64,000 bases of DNA from Candidatus Methanomethylicia archaeon (GTDB taxonomy: Archaea; Thermoproteota; Methanomethylicia; Culexarchaeales; Culexarchaeaceae). This document shows, one piece after another, positions 1 to 10,340 of the stretch. The stretch is taken from contig JAVYVS010000001.1 of assembly GCA_038727515.1 (NCBI GenBank), positions 352,001-416,000 of the forward strand. Direction: 5' to 3'. Below the pieces are notes generated by a model. The model was not told where the DNA came from and did no database searches. It saw nothing but the letters and a program-made list of their open reading frames with translations. Made by a program: the position numbers and the translations under genes. Position 1 is the first letter of the stretch. Each line of letters begins with the position of its first letter.

Positions 1-326
1 GAAAGTGGTGTGTAAATTTCATTATACAAATAATCTGCAAAAGACGGTGCTAGATAATATGATAGAAATAACATTAACATTGCAATGAAGAAAATTATGC
101 TTACAAAATATCCCTTACGCCTTTGCATGATAATCTTACCATGATACATACATAATGCTATGAGACCTGTACCCAGAGCAAAGGTAGACATTATTAGAAC
201 CCAATTGGAAAGCTCAGTATTTGCTTCAGCTAGGAATGGTATCTTCAAGTAGTATTGTAGTAGAGAAATGAAAAATGTTACTGCAAATATGATTAATGGG
301 ATTTCTCTACGTCTAACCCAACTCAA
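1..326 (-). CDS. Multi-pass membrane protein, subunit B of DUF6754-type operon copy 1 (3' end beyond window edge; absent from ORF track)
   Basis: Hand translation from TTG at 326 (AGGGGGTG RBS upstream): MSWVRRREIPLIIFAVTFFISLLQYYLKIP...NWVLIMSTFALGTGLIALCMYHGKIIMQRRKGY...DYLYNEIYTPL, open to base 1. Aligns with 21879..22595 (KRSIPII; AMAIGIGAINVFRIHYRNVSRRRG; NYLY). Confidence 0.85.
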   Translation of the reverse strand, partial: MSWVRRREIPLIIFAVTFFISLLQYYLKIPFLAEANTELSNWVLIMSTFALGTGLIALCMYHGKIIMQRRKGYFVSIIFFIAMLMLFLSYYLAPSFADYLYNEIYTPL

Positions 327-339
327 CGATTACACCCCC

Positions 340-1098
340 TTATATCCTAAAAATCTTTGAAAGATCAAATCCCAATCCACCAAGTATGAAAGCTAAAATT
401 GAAAGTACAATAACTATGGCTCTAACTATATCTGAAGCTATGACACTACCAAGTTGTGGAAGATCTTTTGAAACATATGCACCAGCAACAAGAAGTTCTT
501 CAGCAATTAAACCATAATCACACAATGAAACAACATATGGTACTTGATACAGCCTTCCGGTTCCACCAACCTGTATTGCACCAGCTCTCGCACCAGCTTC
601 AGCCAAAATGATAGTCTCCCAATATAAAGCACCTAAAAGGAAGTTTGCAGCAGGCTTCTCACGCTCATAAATACCCATAACAGTAGCCATCAAAGCCGTT
701 TGAGTGGGAATATACAAAATCTGCTCAGGTTTATAATTCTCTCTAAAAGCAGCTTTAAACATATCTTCAGCTATGGGAACTATAGCTGGAACTGCCGCTA
801 GATACGTTAATGAAGCTTTATATTCCGCAGCCTTTCTAGCAACATAATTCAATAATGACAAACCAGCCAGTGTTTGAGGCATAACATCACCACTCAAACC
901 ACCAACACCAGTAGAATAGAATATTGGCCTACCAGTTTCCACAGCTCTACCAATAGCCTCATCAATTGCATCAAGACCTGGAATACGCCTAATCTTTGGA
1001 GGCTTACCACGCTTAACAGTATACCTCATAAAGAAGATGTATAAAGCAAAAGAGGTAATCAATAGAGCAAAACTAAAATATAGTCCCTCTTTAATCAT
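340..1098 (-). CDS. DUF6754-like membrane-anchored protein (subunit A, copy 1)
   Basis: N-terminal TM, IRRIPGLDAIDEAIGRAVETGRP, PAANFLLG, LAEAG..GAIQ.GGT, CDY.LI.EEL..AGAY, C-terminal TM. Clear paralog of 22606..23409. Confidence 0.8.
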   Translation of the reverse strand: MIKEGLYFSFALLITSFALYIFFMRYTVKRGKPPKIRRIPGLDAIDEAIGRAVETGRPIFYSTGVGGLSGDVMPQTLAGLSLLNYVARKAAEYKASLTYLAAVPAIVPIAEDMFKAAFRENYKPEQILYIPTQTALMATVMGIYEREKPAANFLLGALYWETIILAEAGARAGAIQVGGTGRLYQVPYVVSLCDYGLIAEELLVAGAYVSKDLPQLGSVIASDIVRAIVIVLSILAFILGGLGFDLSKIFRI

Positions 1099-1232
1099 AT
1101 TATCAACCCTTTAGAAAACCTCATAACAATTTCTAGATAAAATAGTATTTAAAAATTATGATACAATTTTTGTTGCTATAAATGAAAAATGTTTTAAATA
1201 TAATCATAGATATTGGTATATAGTGTTAAATC

Positions 1233-2915
1233 ATGACAAAATTTAAAATAGCAATAGTTAATGGTAGGATAGTCGATGGTACGGGAAATCCATGGTATAA
1301 GGCAAATATAGGTATAGATGATGGGAAAATAACTTTGATAACCAAATCAAAGATAAGTGGAGAATTATTGATAGATGCCAATAATTGTATAGTTTCCCCC
1401 GGATTCATAGACATACATTCACATTCAGATATGGGATTTAGAAATCTGATATATAATAAAGCTATGAATAGGGTTATGCAAGGAATAACTACAGAAGCTG
1501 TTGGAAATTGTGGATTTTCAGCATATGGATGGACGAGGGAGTATGCGGAAAAATATCAAGAGAGATTAAAGAAGTTTGGAGTTGAGTATGTAATTGATTG
1601 GACTAGATTAAGTGAATGGAAGAAGAAGGTGGAGGAGAGGGGATATGCAATAAACATTGCACCATTCGTTGGTTTTGGAACAATAAGAACAAGTGTACTT
1701 GGGGAAGAAGGTGAAGGAGGAGAAAGATCTGAAGTAAGTTGTGAAGAATTAAATAGTATGAAGAAGCTGCTTAGAGAAGCTATGGATGATGGAGCTTTCG
1801 GATTAACTGCAGGTTTAGAATATAGTGTACAGAGAAATGCTTACACTGAGGAATTAATAGAAATGTGTAAAGTGGTTGCAGAATACAATGGTTTATTCAT
1901 GGCTCACATAAGATCGGAAGAAGAAATGCTAATAGAAGCTGTAAAGGAATTCATAAGGATATGTGAAGAATCAGGGATCTCTGGATCCATATCACATCAT
2001 AAAGCATGCCACCCCAATAGTTGGGGGAAACCATTCGAAACTGTAAGATTAATAAGAGAAGCTAGAAGGAGGGGTGTAGACGTCATATGTGATCAATATC
2101 CATGGCTTAAAGTTGCAATAAGAAACGTAGGGGAATTCTTCAGAATTGAAGGAGAAGAAGAATTATCATTGGATGAAAGGGAAAAGATAATTGAATATAT
2201 GAAGGATGAAGAAAAATGGAAAAAGGTTAAGGAGGAAGCTATAAAGAAGGATGAAATGGAGAAAGAGTATATAGAAAAGAAGAAGAAGGAATTCGTTAAA
2301 AGAGGTATGCCATTTAGAATGCCTTGGAGCCCAATCACATACTTTGTAGTAGCATACTCAAAAACACACCCAGAATTCGTAAACAAAAACTTCACAGAAA
2401 TAGCGAAAATAATGGGTTTAGAAGATCCATGGGAAGCCATGAGAAAACTATACATAATGGATAATGGAGAAACCACAGCAGCTGAAGGATACATGAGGGA
2501 AGAAGACGTAATAGAAATAATGAAACAACCATTCACAACAATATCAACAGATGGATCAGCCGAAGATGAACCAAAATCATTACACCCGAGAAGCTATGGA
2601 ACATATCCACAATTCCTAGGATACTATGTTAGAGAGAAAAAGATTGTAGAATTAGAGGAAGCCATTAGAAAAATAACATCATTACCAGCAAGATTTCTAA
2701 ACCTAAAGGATAGAGGATTAATAAGAGAAGGCTACTGGGCAGACATAGTAATATTCGATGAAAACGAAATAGAAAACTTAGCAACATATGAAAAACCATG
2801 CACATATCCAAAAGGAATAAAATACGTCATTGTAAATGGAGAAATAGTAATGGAAAACGGTAAACACACAGGAAAACTACCAGGAAAAGTATTAAAATAT
2901 AACACCAAAACATAA
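1233..2915 (+). CDS. N-acyl-D-amino-acid deacylase (D-aminoacylase) family amidohydrolase
   Basis: IVDGTGNP, PGFIDIHSHSD, QGITTE..GNCG, AHIRSE, SHHK, TDG, HPRSYGTYP, G..ADIVIFD. Confidence 0.9.
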   Translation: MTKFKIAIVNGRIVDGTGNPWYKANIGIDDGKITLITKSKISGELLIDANNCIVSPGFIDIHSHSDMGFRNLIYNKAMNRVMQGITTEAVGNCGFSAYGWTREYAEKYQERLKKFGVEYVIDWTRLSEWKKKVEERGYAINIAPFVGFGTIRTSVLGEEGEGGERSEVSCEELNSMKKLLREAMDDGAFGLTAGLEYSVQRNAYTEELIEMCKVVAEYNGLFMAHIRSEEEMLIEAVKEFIRICEESGISGSISHHKACHPNSWGKPFETVRLIREARRRGVDVICDQYPWLKVAIRNVGEFFRIEGEEELSLDEREKIIEYMKDEEKWKKVKEEAIKKDEMEKEYIEKKKKEFVKRGMPFRMPWSPITYFVVAYSKTHPEFVNKNFTEIAKIMGLEDPWEAMRKLYIMDNGETTAAEGYMREEDVIEIMKQPFTTISTDGSAEDEPKSLHPRSYGTYPQFLGYYVREKKIVELEEAIRKITSLPARFLNLKDRGLIREGYWADIVIFDENEIENLATYEKPCTYPKGIKYVIVNGEIVMENGKHTGKLPGKVLKYNTKT

Positions 2916-3219
2916 AACCACTAAAAATAAAATATGTAAATTTGTAGAAAATTTATGGATTAATTGTGATTTGTAAAATGGAAGAACCAGCTTTTTGAGC
3001 TAATCCGTGAAAATTGATGTGGAGATTATGATTATCCAGAATTTAAAGAAATCAAACAGTTTTATAAATAATTTTTCGCAGAATAATTTCACACTTTACA
3101 ATATAATGAACATTTTCAACCATTTTAACGTAAATATTCATAGTGTTTACTGCGTTTTACATACACCAAAACTAAATCGTGATAGATAATTATTTTATAC
3201 CAAAACAACAAAATGTAAT

Positions 3220-4659
3220 GTGGCGATATATGTGGAAAAAGAAAAGGAGTATGCATTAAATTGGATAGAGAGTAATAGGGATAGGATAATATTGTTAAGT
3301 GATACTGTGTGGGAATATGCGGAATTAGGTTTGAAAGAATTTAAGTCTTCTAAGCTTCTTGCTGATGAACTTGAGAAGCATGGGTTTAAGGTTGAAATGG
3401 ATATTGCAGGTATGCCCACAGCCTTTGTAGCTACATGGGGATCTGGTCAACCTGTTATTGGCGTTATGGGTGAATATGATGCTTTGCCTAATCTTTCACA
3501 GAAGAAGGTTTCATGGAAAGAACCAATAGTTGAAGGGGGACCGGGACATGGATGTGGACATAATATTCATGGTGTTAGTGGGCTTGCAGCTGCAATAGCT
3601 GTTAGGTATGCCATGGAAAGATTTGGTATTAAAGGGACTATTAGGTTTTACGGTTGCCCAGCTGAAGAGAACTTTAGTGGAAAAGTGTTTATGGTTAGAG
3701 ATGGTTATTTTAACAATGTAGATGCTGTTATAAGTCATCATCCAAGTACAATGAATGGAGCAACTCTAATGAGCAGTTTAGCGAACAATTCAGTGAAATT
3801 CCACTTTTATGGTAAATCTTCACATGCTGGAAGTAATCCAGAAGCTGGTAGGAGTGCTTTGGATGCTGTTGAGCTTATGAATGTTGGTGTTAATTATATG
3901 AGGGAGCATGTTATACAGGATGCTAGAATCCACTATATTATTGAGAGAGGTGGAGGCCAACCAAACATTGTCCCTGACTATGCTAGAAGCTGGTATCTAA
4001 TAAGAGCTCCGGAAAGAGAACAAGTTGATCAAATTTATAATTGGATTTTGGATATAGCTAAAGGAGCAGCATTAATGACACAAACACAATACAAAGTAGA
4101 ATTCATAAAGGGGGTATACAATAAAATACCAAATAAAGTGATAGCTGAATTAATAGTTAAGAACATGAGGGAAATAGGTTTACCAAAGTATAGTGAGGAA
4201 GATTTAAAGTTTGCACAGGAAATAGCTAAAACAATACCATTAGAGGCAAAGATAAACCAATTGAGAAATTCGAAAAGACCTGGGTGGGAGAAGCTTATTG
4301 ATAAATTGATTGATGATGAGATTCCAGACCCTTGGGGTGAAGGTGAAGTAAGCCATGGCTCTACAGATGTATCAGACGTAAGTTGGCAAGCACCCACTGT
4401 AGAGTTTAGTACTGCAGCATGGGTTTTGGGGACTCCTGGGCATTCATGGCAGAATGTTGCTCAAAGTGCAGTTGGTTTAGGACATAAATCATTAATATTT
4501 GCAGCAAAAACCATGGCAGCAACAATAATAGACTTAATGATGAAAAATGAAATCTTAGAAAAAGCGAAAAAGGAGCATAAAGATAGACTTAAAGGAAGAA
4601 TATACAAATCTCCACTACCGCCAGATCATAAACCACCATTAGATGCATGGGAGAAATAA
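3220..4659 (+). CDS. M20 amidohydrolase, AbgB-like (p-aminobenzoyl-glutamate hydrolase subunit B family)
   Basis: GEYDALP, GHGCGHN, GCPAEE, HHP, GRSALDAVELMN, GSTDVSDVSW, PGHSWQ. Confidence 0.9.
   Translation: MAIYVEKEKEYALNWIESNRDRIILLSDTVWEYAELGLKEFKSSKLLADELEKHGFKVEMDIAGMPTAFVATWGSGQPVIGVMGEYDALPNLSQKKVSWKEPIVEGGPGHGCGHNIHGVSGLAAAIAVRYAMERFGIKGTIRFYGCPAEENFSGKVFMVRDGYFNNVDAVISHHPSTMNGATLMSSLANNSVKFHFYGKSSHAGSNPEAGRSALDAVELMNVGVNYMREHVIQDARIHYIIERGGGQPNIVPDYARSWYLIRAPEREQVDQIYNWILDIAKGAALMTQTQYKVEFIKGVYNKIPNKVIAELIVKNMREIGLPKYSEEDLKFAQEIAKTIPLEAKINQLRNSKRPGWEKLIDKLIDDEIPDPWGEGEVSHGSTDVSDVSWQAPTVEFSTAAWVLGTPGHSWQNVAQSAVGLGHKSLIFAAKTMAATIIDLMMKNEILEKAKKEHKDRLKGRIYKSPLPPDHKPPLDAWEK
3335..3446 (+). 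repeat. Near-identical tract shared by the AbgB paralogs (other copy 28431-28542)
   Basis: 111/112 nt identical by direct comparison; single A/G difference at 3401/28497. Confidence 0.9.
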
Positions 4660-4819
4660 TAGAAACTCAACCATAACAATTAAAATTATAAATTTTTATA
4701 AACTCACTAAATCATCATCTTTACTATTCCAAAATTTTATAGTCATCCACTTTACATATAATCAACGATCCAATCAAAATAAATTGTTAAAATTATGTTA
4801 ATAATTGGAGTTTACTAGC

Positions 4820-6055
4820 TTATGGTAGTCTATTTACTTCAATTTTACCTTCTTTCATGACTAATTTTATGTTTTCGATATTTCTTAAGATTCTTATATC
4901 TTCAAGTGGATTACCCTTTACTACAATTATATCTGCTAATTTTCCGGTTTCTATTGTTCCAATTTTATTTAATAAACCACATGCTTCAGCTGAAATTTTT
5001 GTGGCTGAAACTATTGCATCCATAGGTTTAAATCCGATTTTATCAACTAATAATTCTAGTTCCATAGCATTTGTTCCAAGTTTCCATAATTCTGGTCCAC
5101 CGAAATCTGTTCCTACAGCTATTTTAACTCCAGCTTCATAAGCCATTTTCACACTCTTTATGTGGCTTTCAAAAGCTTCTGCTGCCTTCATTAAACCCCA
5201 CTCCACAATTCCAACTTCTTTTCCACGTGTAACTATTTGGTGAACAATGGATAGTGTTGGTACTAATATAACATCTCTTTCCTTCATCATTCTGATAGCT
5301 TCTTCATCAAGGTATATTCCATGATCAATTGTTTTTACACCAGCAGATATAGCAATTTTTATTCCTTGAGTTCCCTGAGCATGAGCAGTCACAAAAGTTC
5401 CAACTTTTTGCGCTTCATCAACAATTGCTTTAATTTCTTCATATGAGAATTGAGTGTGTTCTGGTCTATCACGCATGGACATAACGCCTCCAGTGGCACA
5501 GATCTTAATGAAATCTGCACCTTCTCTTAAAGCGTATCTAGCAGCTCTACGGCAATCGTCTACACCATCACATATCGTTGGAATCTTTTCTTTAACCCAA
5601 TTTATCGGTAGGAAGTGTACATCCCCATGACCAAAAGTTTGACTTAGAACATAACCTGAAGCAATCACCCTAGGACCTCTAATACTACCCTCATTAATAG
5701 CAAATTTTAGGTATAATCCATTAGTTCCACCACAATCTTTAACTGTTGTAAAACCAGCATCCAGTAGAGCTGAAGCATCACTTACACATCTCAAAAGTTT
5801 AACTTGATCTGGAATTGTAAAATTCTCCTCTAACTTATGGGTTCTAGTACCCATGAAATGCATATGTGCATCTATAAGTCCAGGCATAATTGTTAAACCA
5901 TTTAAATCAATAATTTTAGCATCACTGGGAATTTTAACTTCACCACTAACACCAACAGCCTTAATTATACCACCATCAATAACCACAATAGCTTTATCTA
6001 ATGGAGGGCTACCAGTACCATCAATTAAAAATCCATTCACTAAAGCCAAAATCAT
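4820..6055 (-). CDS. Metal-dependent amidohydrolase (Xaa-Pro dipeptidase/prolidase-like subgroup)
   Basis: PGLIDAHMH, GADFIKICATGGV, AHAQG, IDHG, GTD, GKLADIIVV. Confidence 0.88.
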   Translation of the reverse strand: MILALVNGFLIDGTGSPPLDKAIVVIDGGIIKAVGVSGEVKIPSDAKIIDLNGLTIMPGLIDAHMHFMGTRTHKLEENFTIPDQVKLLRCVSDASALLDAGFTTVKDCGGTNGLYLKFAINEGSIRGPRVIASGYVLSQTFGHGDVHFLPINWVKEKIPTICDGVDDCRRAARYALREGADFIKICATGGVMSMRDRPEHTQFSYEEIKAIVDEAQKVGTFVTAHAQGTQGIKIAISAGVKTIDHGIYLDEEAIRMMKERDVILVPTLSIVHQIVTRGKEVGIVEWGLMKAAEAFESHIKSVKMAYEAGVKIAVGTDFGGPELWKLGTNAMELELLVDKIGFKPMDAIVSATKISAEACGLLNKIGTIETGKLADIIVVKGNPLEDIRILRNIENIKLVMKEGKIEVNRLP

Positions 6056-6152
6056 AGATAAATCACCATATGAACATTATGTTTATAAGTGGTAAATAAA
6101 GACAATGAAACACAAAAGTTAACATCATTTTAAAATAATATTTGAAATGAGT

Positions 6153-7694
6153 TTATTCTAATCCTATGGGTAAACCATCTCCACGGATATCTGTATATCC
6201 AATTTTCAATTTATCACGAACTTCAACTATTGATGCAACACCAATTCTAGATGGGTAATCAATTATTCTATATTTAAACCCTTTAAGTTCACCACTAATA
6301 TATCCCTTTTCACATTCAACATTAATTCCTCCGGGTTCCCATCTAAATCTTGGAGTTTCAAGAGCTAATTGTGGATGTAAACCATAATCTAAGATGCAAT
6401 TTATTATTTGAGCATGTAATAGTGGTCTTAAATGTCCTCCTGAAAGGCCCATGGCCATCCATCTAGATCCATAATTGATTAAAGTTGCTGATAATGTATG
6501 TAAAGGTTTCTTCATAGGTTCAAGTTTATTGACGTGGTTATCAGTTAATGTAAAGGATGATCCACGGGAGTTTAATGTGATATTGTATGTGGGTTCAGTA
6601 ATATATGAACCAAAATTATGGAATATGCTTTGAATACATGAAACTATATAATCTTTATCATCAGCTATAGCGAAATAAGTAGTATCGCTTTGAGAAGGAA
6701 GGGTATAACCCCTATCATTAATGTCTTGCTTCCTTAGATTTTCTAGAAATTCCTCAGATAACAATTTATCTACACTAACAGACATAAATCTAGGGTCACT
6801 TACATAATGATCTCTAACTTTATAGGCTTTTACAGATGCCTCAAGAATACATTGAACCCTATCCATGGATAACAATGGAATACTGCTAAACATTACATTT
6901 TCAATAAGCTTAAGGATGTGTAATGTAGTTATACCTTGAGAATTTGGAGGCATCTCATATATACTCCAACCTTTATAATCAATCTTTATTGGTTGTTGAA
7001 ATTCACTATGATAATACTTTAAATCATCTAACTCCATTACACCACCAAGAGATTTAATATAATCAACAATTTTTACTGCAATATCCCCTTCATAGAAGTT
7101 TCTCGCATCTTCAGCAATCAATCTTAAAGCTTGAGCCAAACCTTTAAAAGATAGTATATCACCTTCATTTGGAAAACCAGCATCTAAACAATAAGTAGTT
7201 CTAGAACCAATATCCTTAATTAATTCTCCACCAAAATTACGTAAAGCTCTACAAAAACTCCTATGTGCAGGAAACCCTTCTTCTGCAAGTTTAATTGATG
7301 GCGCTAATAAATCACTCCACTCCATTGATCCAAAAGCTCTCCATAAACCATATAATCCATCAACCATTCCAGGTATAGTTATAGAATATACACTATGAAT
7401 TGGCATTGAAGTAAACCCTAAATTACGCATATAATCCACAGTTAAATTCTTAGGGGAATATCCACTACCATTGATAACATGAACATTACCATTTGGATCA
7501 CGTATGATAGCAAAGAAATCCCCTCCTAAACCAGATAAATGTGGTAAAACAACTCCAAGGGTAAAACCCACTGCTACAGTAGCATCAATAGCATTACCAC
7601 CAGATCTAAGAATATTTGCACCAATACTTGAAGCCAATGGACTTTCAGAAGCTACAACACCATGAACAGAATAAAATGGTGCACATAAATACAT
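6153..7694 (-). CDS. Gamma-glutamyltransferase family Ntn-hydrolase
   Basis: GGNAIDA, SGLGGD, PPNSQG, DTTYF (Thr nucleophile), KKPLHTL. Confidence 0.9.
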   Translation of the reverse strand: MYLCAPFYSVHGVVASESPLASSIGANILRSGGNAIDATVAVGFTLGVVLPHLSGLGGDFFAIIRDPNGNVHVINGSGYSPKNLTVDYMRNLGFTSMPIHSVYSITIPGMVDGLYGLWRAFGSMEWSDLLAPSIKLAEEGFPAHRSFCRALRNFGGELIKDIGSRTTYCLDAGFPNEGDILSFKGLAQALRLIAEDARNFYEGDIAVKIVDYIKSLGGVMELDDLKYYHSEFQQPIKIDYKGWSIYEMPPNSQGITTLHILKLIENVMFSSIPLLSMDRVQCILEASVKAYKVRDHYVSDPRFMSVSVDKLLSEEFLENLRKQDINDRGYTLPSQSDTTYFAIADDKDYIVSCIQSIFHNFGSYITEPTYNITLNSRGSSFTLTDNHVNKLEPMKKPLHTLSATLINYGSRWMAMGLSGGHLRPLLHAQIINCILDYGLHPQLALETPRFRWEPGGINVECEKGYISGELKGFKYRIIDYPSRIGVASIVEVRDKLKIGYTDIRGDGLPIGLE

Positions 7695-7819
7695 GGAAGA
7701 ATATATGTAAAATTTATGTTTTAAACATTACCATGAAATATCTAAATCACCAAAATAAAAGTATCAATCACCATTTAAATGGGAAATCATATATCTACTG
7801 AAAACAAATTGAATATAAT

Positions 7820-8323
7820 ATGAAAATTGCAATAGTCTATTACAGTAAAACTGGTACCACGAGAAGTATTGTAAATAGGATATGGAAAGAATTGGAAAAA
7901 GAAAATGTGAATGTTAGAGTATTTGAATTAAAACATGAAAATGAATATGCAAATACACTACTACATTTAAATCCAAGACTAATATATGAAACACTATCAG
8001 ATAAAACTATTAAGATAGTGGGAGATGAAGAATTCCATGAAGATGAATTCAACCTTATAATAATAGGTTCACCAATATGGTATGGTAGGGAAACACCAAT
8101 CATACGAAGATTCATAAAGAAATATGCAAATAAAATAAAGACACCAATAATACTCTTAACAACATCAAAACTGGACATAGACTACTCAAAAAACTTAAAG
8201 ATGAAGCTTGAAGCTATGGGGTATAACGTTATATCAAATATATCCATAACAACTAAAAATGTGAATTCTTCAATAAGTAAACTTATTGAAGAATTGAAAA
8301 ACATTTTAAGTAAAATTAGTTAA
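7820..8323 (+). CDS. Flavodoxin-like protein
   Basis: IVYYSKTGTT FMN loop; IIGSPIWYG. Confidence 0.85.
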   Translation: MKIAIVYYSKTGTTRSIVNRIWKELEKENVNVRVFELKHENEYANTLLHLNPRLIYETLSDKTIKIVGDEEFHEDEFNLIIIGSPIWYGRETPIIRRFIKKYANKIKTPIILLTTSKLDIDYSKNLKMKLEAMGYNVISNISITTKNVNSSISKLIEELKNILSKIS

Positions 8324-8342
8324 TTAAGGTACAGTGAGATAA

Positions 8343-9074
8343 ATGTACTGGATATTAGAGGAATTAACTTGGGAAGAAGCTAAAGAAGCCATAAAAACAG
8401 CTGATTACATAATCCTACCAACTGGAAGTTTAGAGCAGCATGGATTACACCTACCATTAAATGTTGATAATATAAGAGCAGATAACTTAACGAATGAAAT
8501 ACTAAAGAGAGCAGATAAATACAATTTAAAACTAATAAAACTTCCAACATTAACATATGGATGTTCAGAGCATCACATGTATTTCCCTGGAACAGTAACA
8601 CTTGAATTAGATACTTACATTAAAGTTGTTAGAGATATTGCATATAGCATGTATAGACATGGAGCCAAAAGATTTCTAATACTTAATTATCATGGTGGAA
8701 ATATTCAACCATTAAATATTGCGATACAAATCATAAGAAAAGAAACTGGTATGAAAACGTATTTAATACATTGGACTCAGTACGCTAGAGATCTAATTGA
8801 TAAATGGGCTAAACCAGGATGGGGACATGCATGTGAACATGAGACAAGTATGATAATGTACTATAGACCAGAATTGGTTAGGAAAAATAAGATTGTAAAG
8901 CCAAAGATAAAAATGACTACACCAATAAGTGAATTCAGATATTTCCATGAAATAACAGATACTGGAGGTATAGGTGATCCAACAATAGCAAAACCAGAAT
9001 ATGCTGAAATGATAATTGGAGAAGTAAGTGAAAGAATACTAAAAATATTAAGTGAAACATTAAAAACTGAATAA
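8343..9074 (+). CDS. Creatininase family amidohydrolase
   Basis: LPTGSLEQHGLHLPL..D, SEHH..FPGT, NYHGGN, GHACEHETS. Confidence 0.9.
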   Translation: MYWILEELTWEEAKEAIKTADYIILPTGSLEQHGLHLPLNVDNIRADNLTNEILKRADKYNLKLIKLPTLTYGCSEHHMYFPGTVTLELDTYIKVVRDIAYSMYRHGAKRFLILNYHGGNIQPLNIAIQIIRKETGMKTYLIHWTQYARDLIDKWAKPGWGHACEHETSMIMYYRPELVRKNKIVKPKIKMTTPISEFRYFHEITDTGGIGDPTIAKPEYAEMIIGEVSERILKILSETLKTE

Positions 9075-9079
9075 AATTT

Positions 9080-10264
9080 TCATTTACCTTTTTGTAGATA
9101 TTTCCCGAAATTAATGAATAATACTAACGCGATGAAATATAGTACAATAGCAACTATAAAGATTATTGATAAACCAAGAGAAGTAATCAATATGGATAAT
9201 ATTACTGGCATAATAATACCAATTAAACTCATTGGCACAAACTCTAAACTATAGGCTGTACCTCTATATTCAGGTTTAACTATACATGCAACAATCGAAC
9301 TTGTAATAGGCATAGTCATACTACTAAAGAAGCCATAGGTAAGATACATTAAAACTATTATGTAAATTGATGGGGAAAATATTATTCCAAAAATGGAGAG
9401 GATTAACATAGATATAATAAATGTAAATGAATTTCTAAGACCAAATTTATCTCCAATAAAACCTCCAACTAAATTACTGATTAACCCTAGAAGTGGACTT
9501 AAACCAAAAATAATACTTGAAATTGCAGGATCCAGCCCTCTCTCATAGGTAAAATAGCTAGTGATGTATGTAGAAATAGATGTGCCGGCGGCATCTCTAA
9601 AAAGCATAATAATTAAGAAGAAGATGAAGACAGAATTTAAAACTTCTTTAAAAGATGATTTAACACTCACCTTAGAATTATCAGATTTACTTTTAATGCC
9701 TTCACTAATACCAAAATCAATTTTAACAATAATAGAAACAATGATAGATATTAGTATTGGGATAATCCAAACTAAATATGCATATTTCCAGCCAAATCGA
9801 TTTAACACTAAGCCAAGGGTTAATGGGCCTATAGCTACACCTAAAGTTCCACTTGCACCATGAAATCCCATACCTCTACTCCTAAAATTTGATGGTAGAA
9901 TATTTGCAGCAGCACTTAAAGCAGGTGGATGATAAAGTGTTGAAGCTATAGAAGTTAATGAAAAACCAAGGACGATGAACTCTATAGAATTTGTAGATAA
10001 AATTATGACTCCAGCTAGAAACTCAAGGAATAAACTTATGGAAATTACCTTTGTAGCACCAAAACGATCAGCAATTAAACCACTTGGAATAGATAAGAGT
10101 AGGGAGGAAAGCCTTGGAATGGCTACAATTAAACTAACAATTAAAAAGGGTAATTCATATTCACTTTTTATTATGGGTATTAAAGCTAGAGGAAGTTCCG
10201 TATAAACATGAAGTAGAGTATGTGAAAAACATAGGAAGACCAGCTTAAATTTGAAATCCCCCAA
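9080..10264 (-). CDS. MFS transporter
   Basis: About 12 hydrophobic segments; GLIADRFG and GFIGDKFG motif A; YHP; RGTAYS. Confidence 0.9.
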   Translation of the reverse strand: MGDFKFKLVFLCFSHTLLHVYTELPLALIPIIKSEYELPFLIVSLIVAIPRLSSLLLSIPSGLIADRFGATKVISISLFLEFLAGVIILSTNSIEFIVLGFSLTSIASTLYHPPALSAAANILPSNFRSRGMGFHGASGTLGVAIGPLTLGLVLNRFGWKYAYLVWIIPILISIIVSIIVKIDFGISEGIKSKSDNSKVSVKSSFKEVLNSVFIFFLIIMLFRDAAGTSISTYITSYFTYERGLDPAISSIIFGLSPLLGLISNLVGGFIGDKFGLRNSFTFIISMLILSIFGIIFSPSIYIIVLMYLTYGFFSSMTMPITSSIVACIVKPEYRGTAYSLEFVPMSLIGIIMPVILSILITSLGLSIIFIVAIVLYFIALVLFINFGKYLQKGK

Positions 10265-10340
10265 TAAGCATCACCATTATAATCACATCTAAAATAGACT
10301 TTATCAATTATGTTGTAAACAAAATAAATTTATCGCAAAA

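Noticed and set aside
1151-1171. Inverted repeat AAAAATT-N7-AATTTTT in the divergent promoter
   Set aside because: A/T-only arms are expected by chance at this composition
3007-3189. 60-aa intergenic ORF
   Set aside because: Asn/Ile-rich low complexity, no RBS or motif; probably promoter DNA
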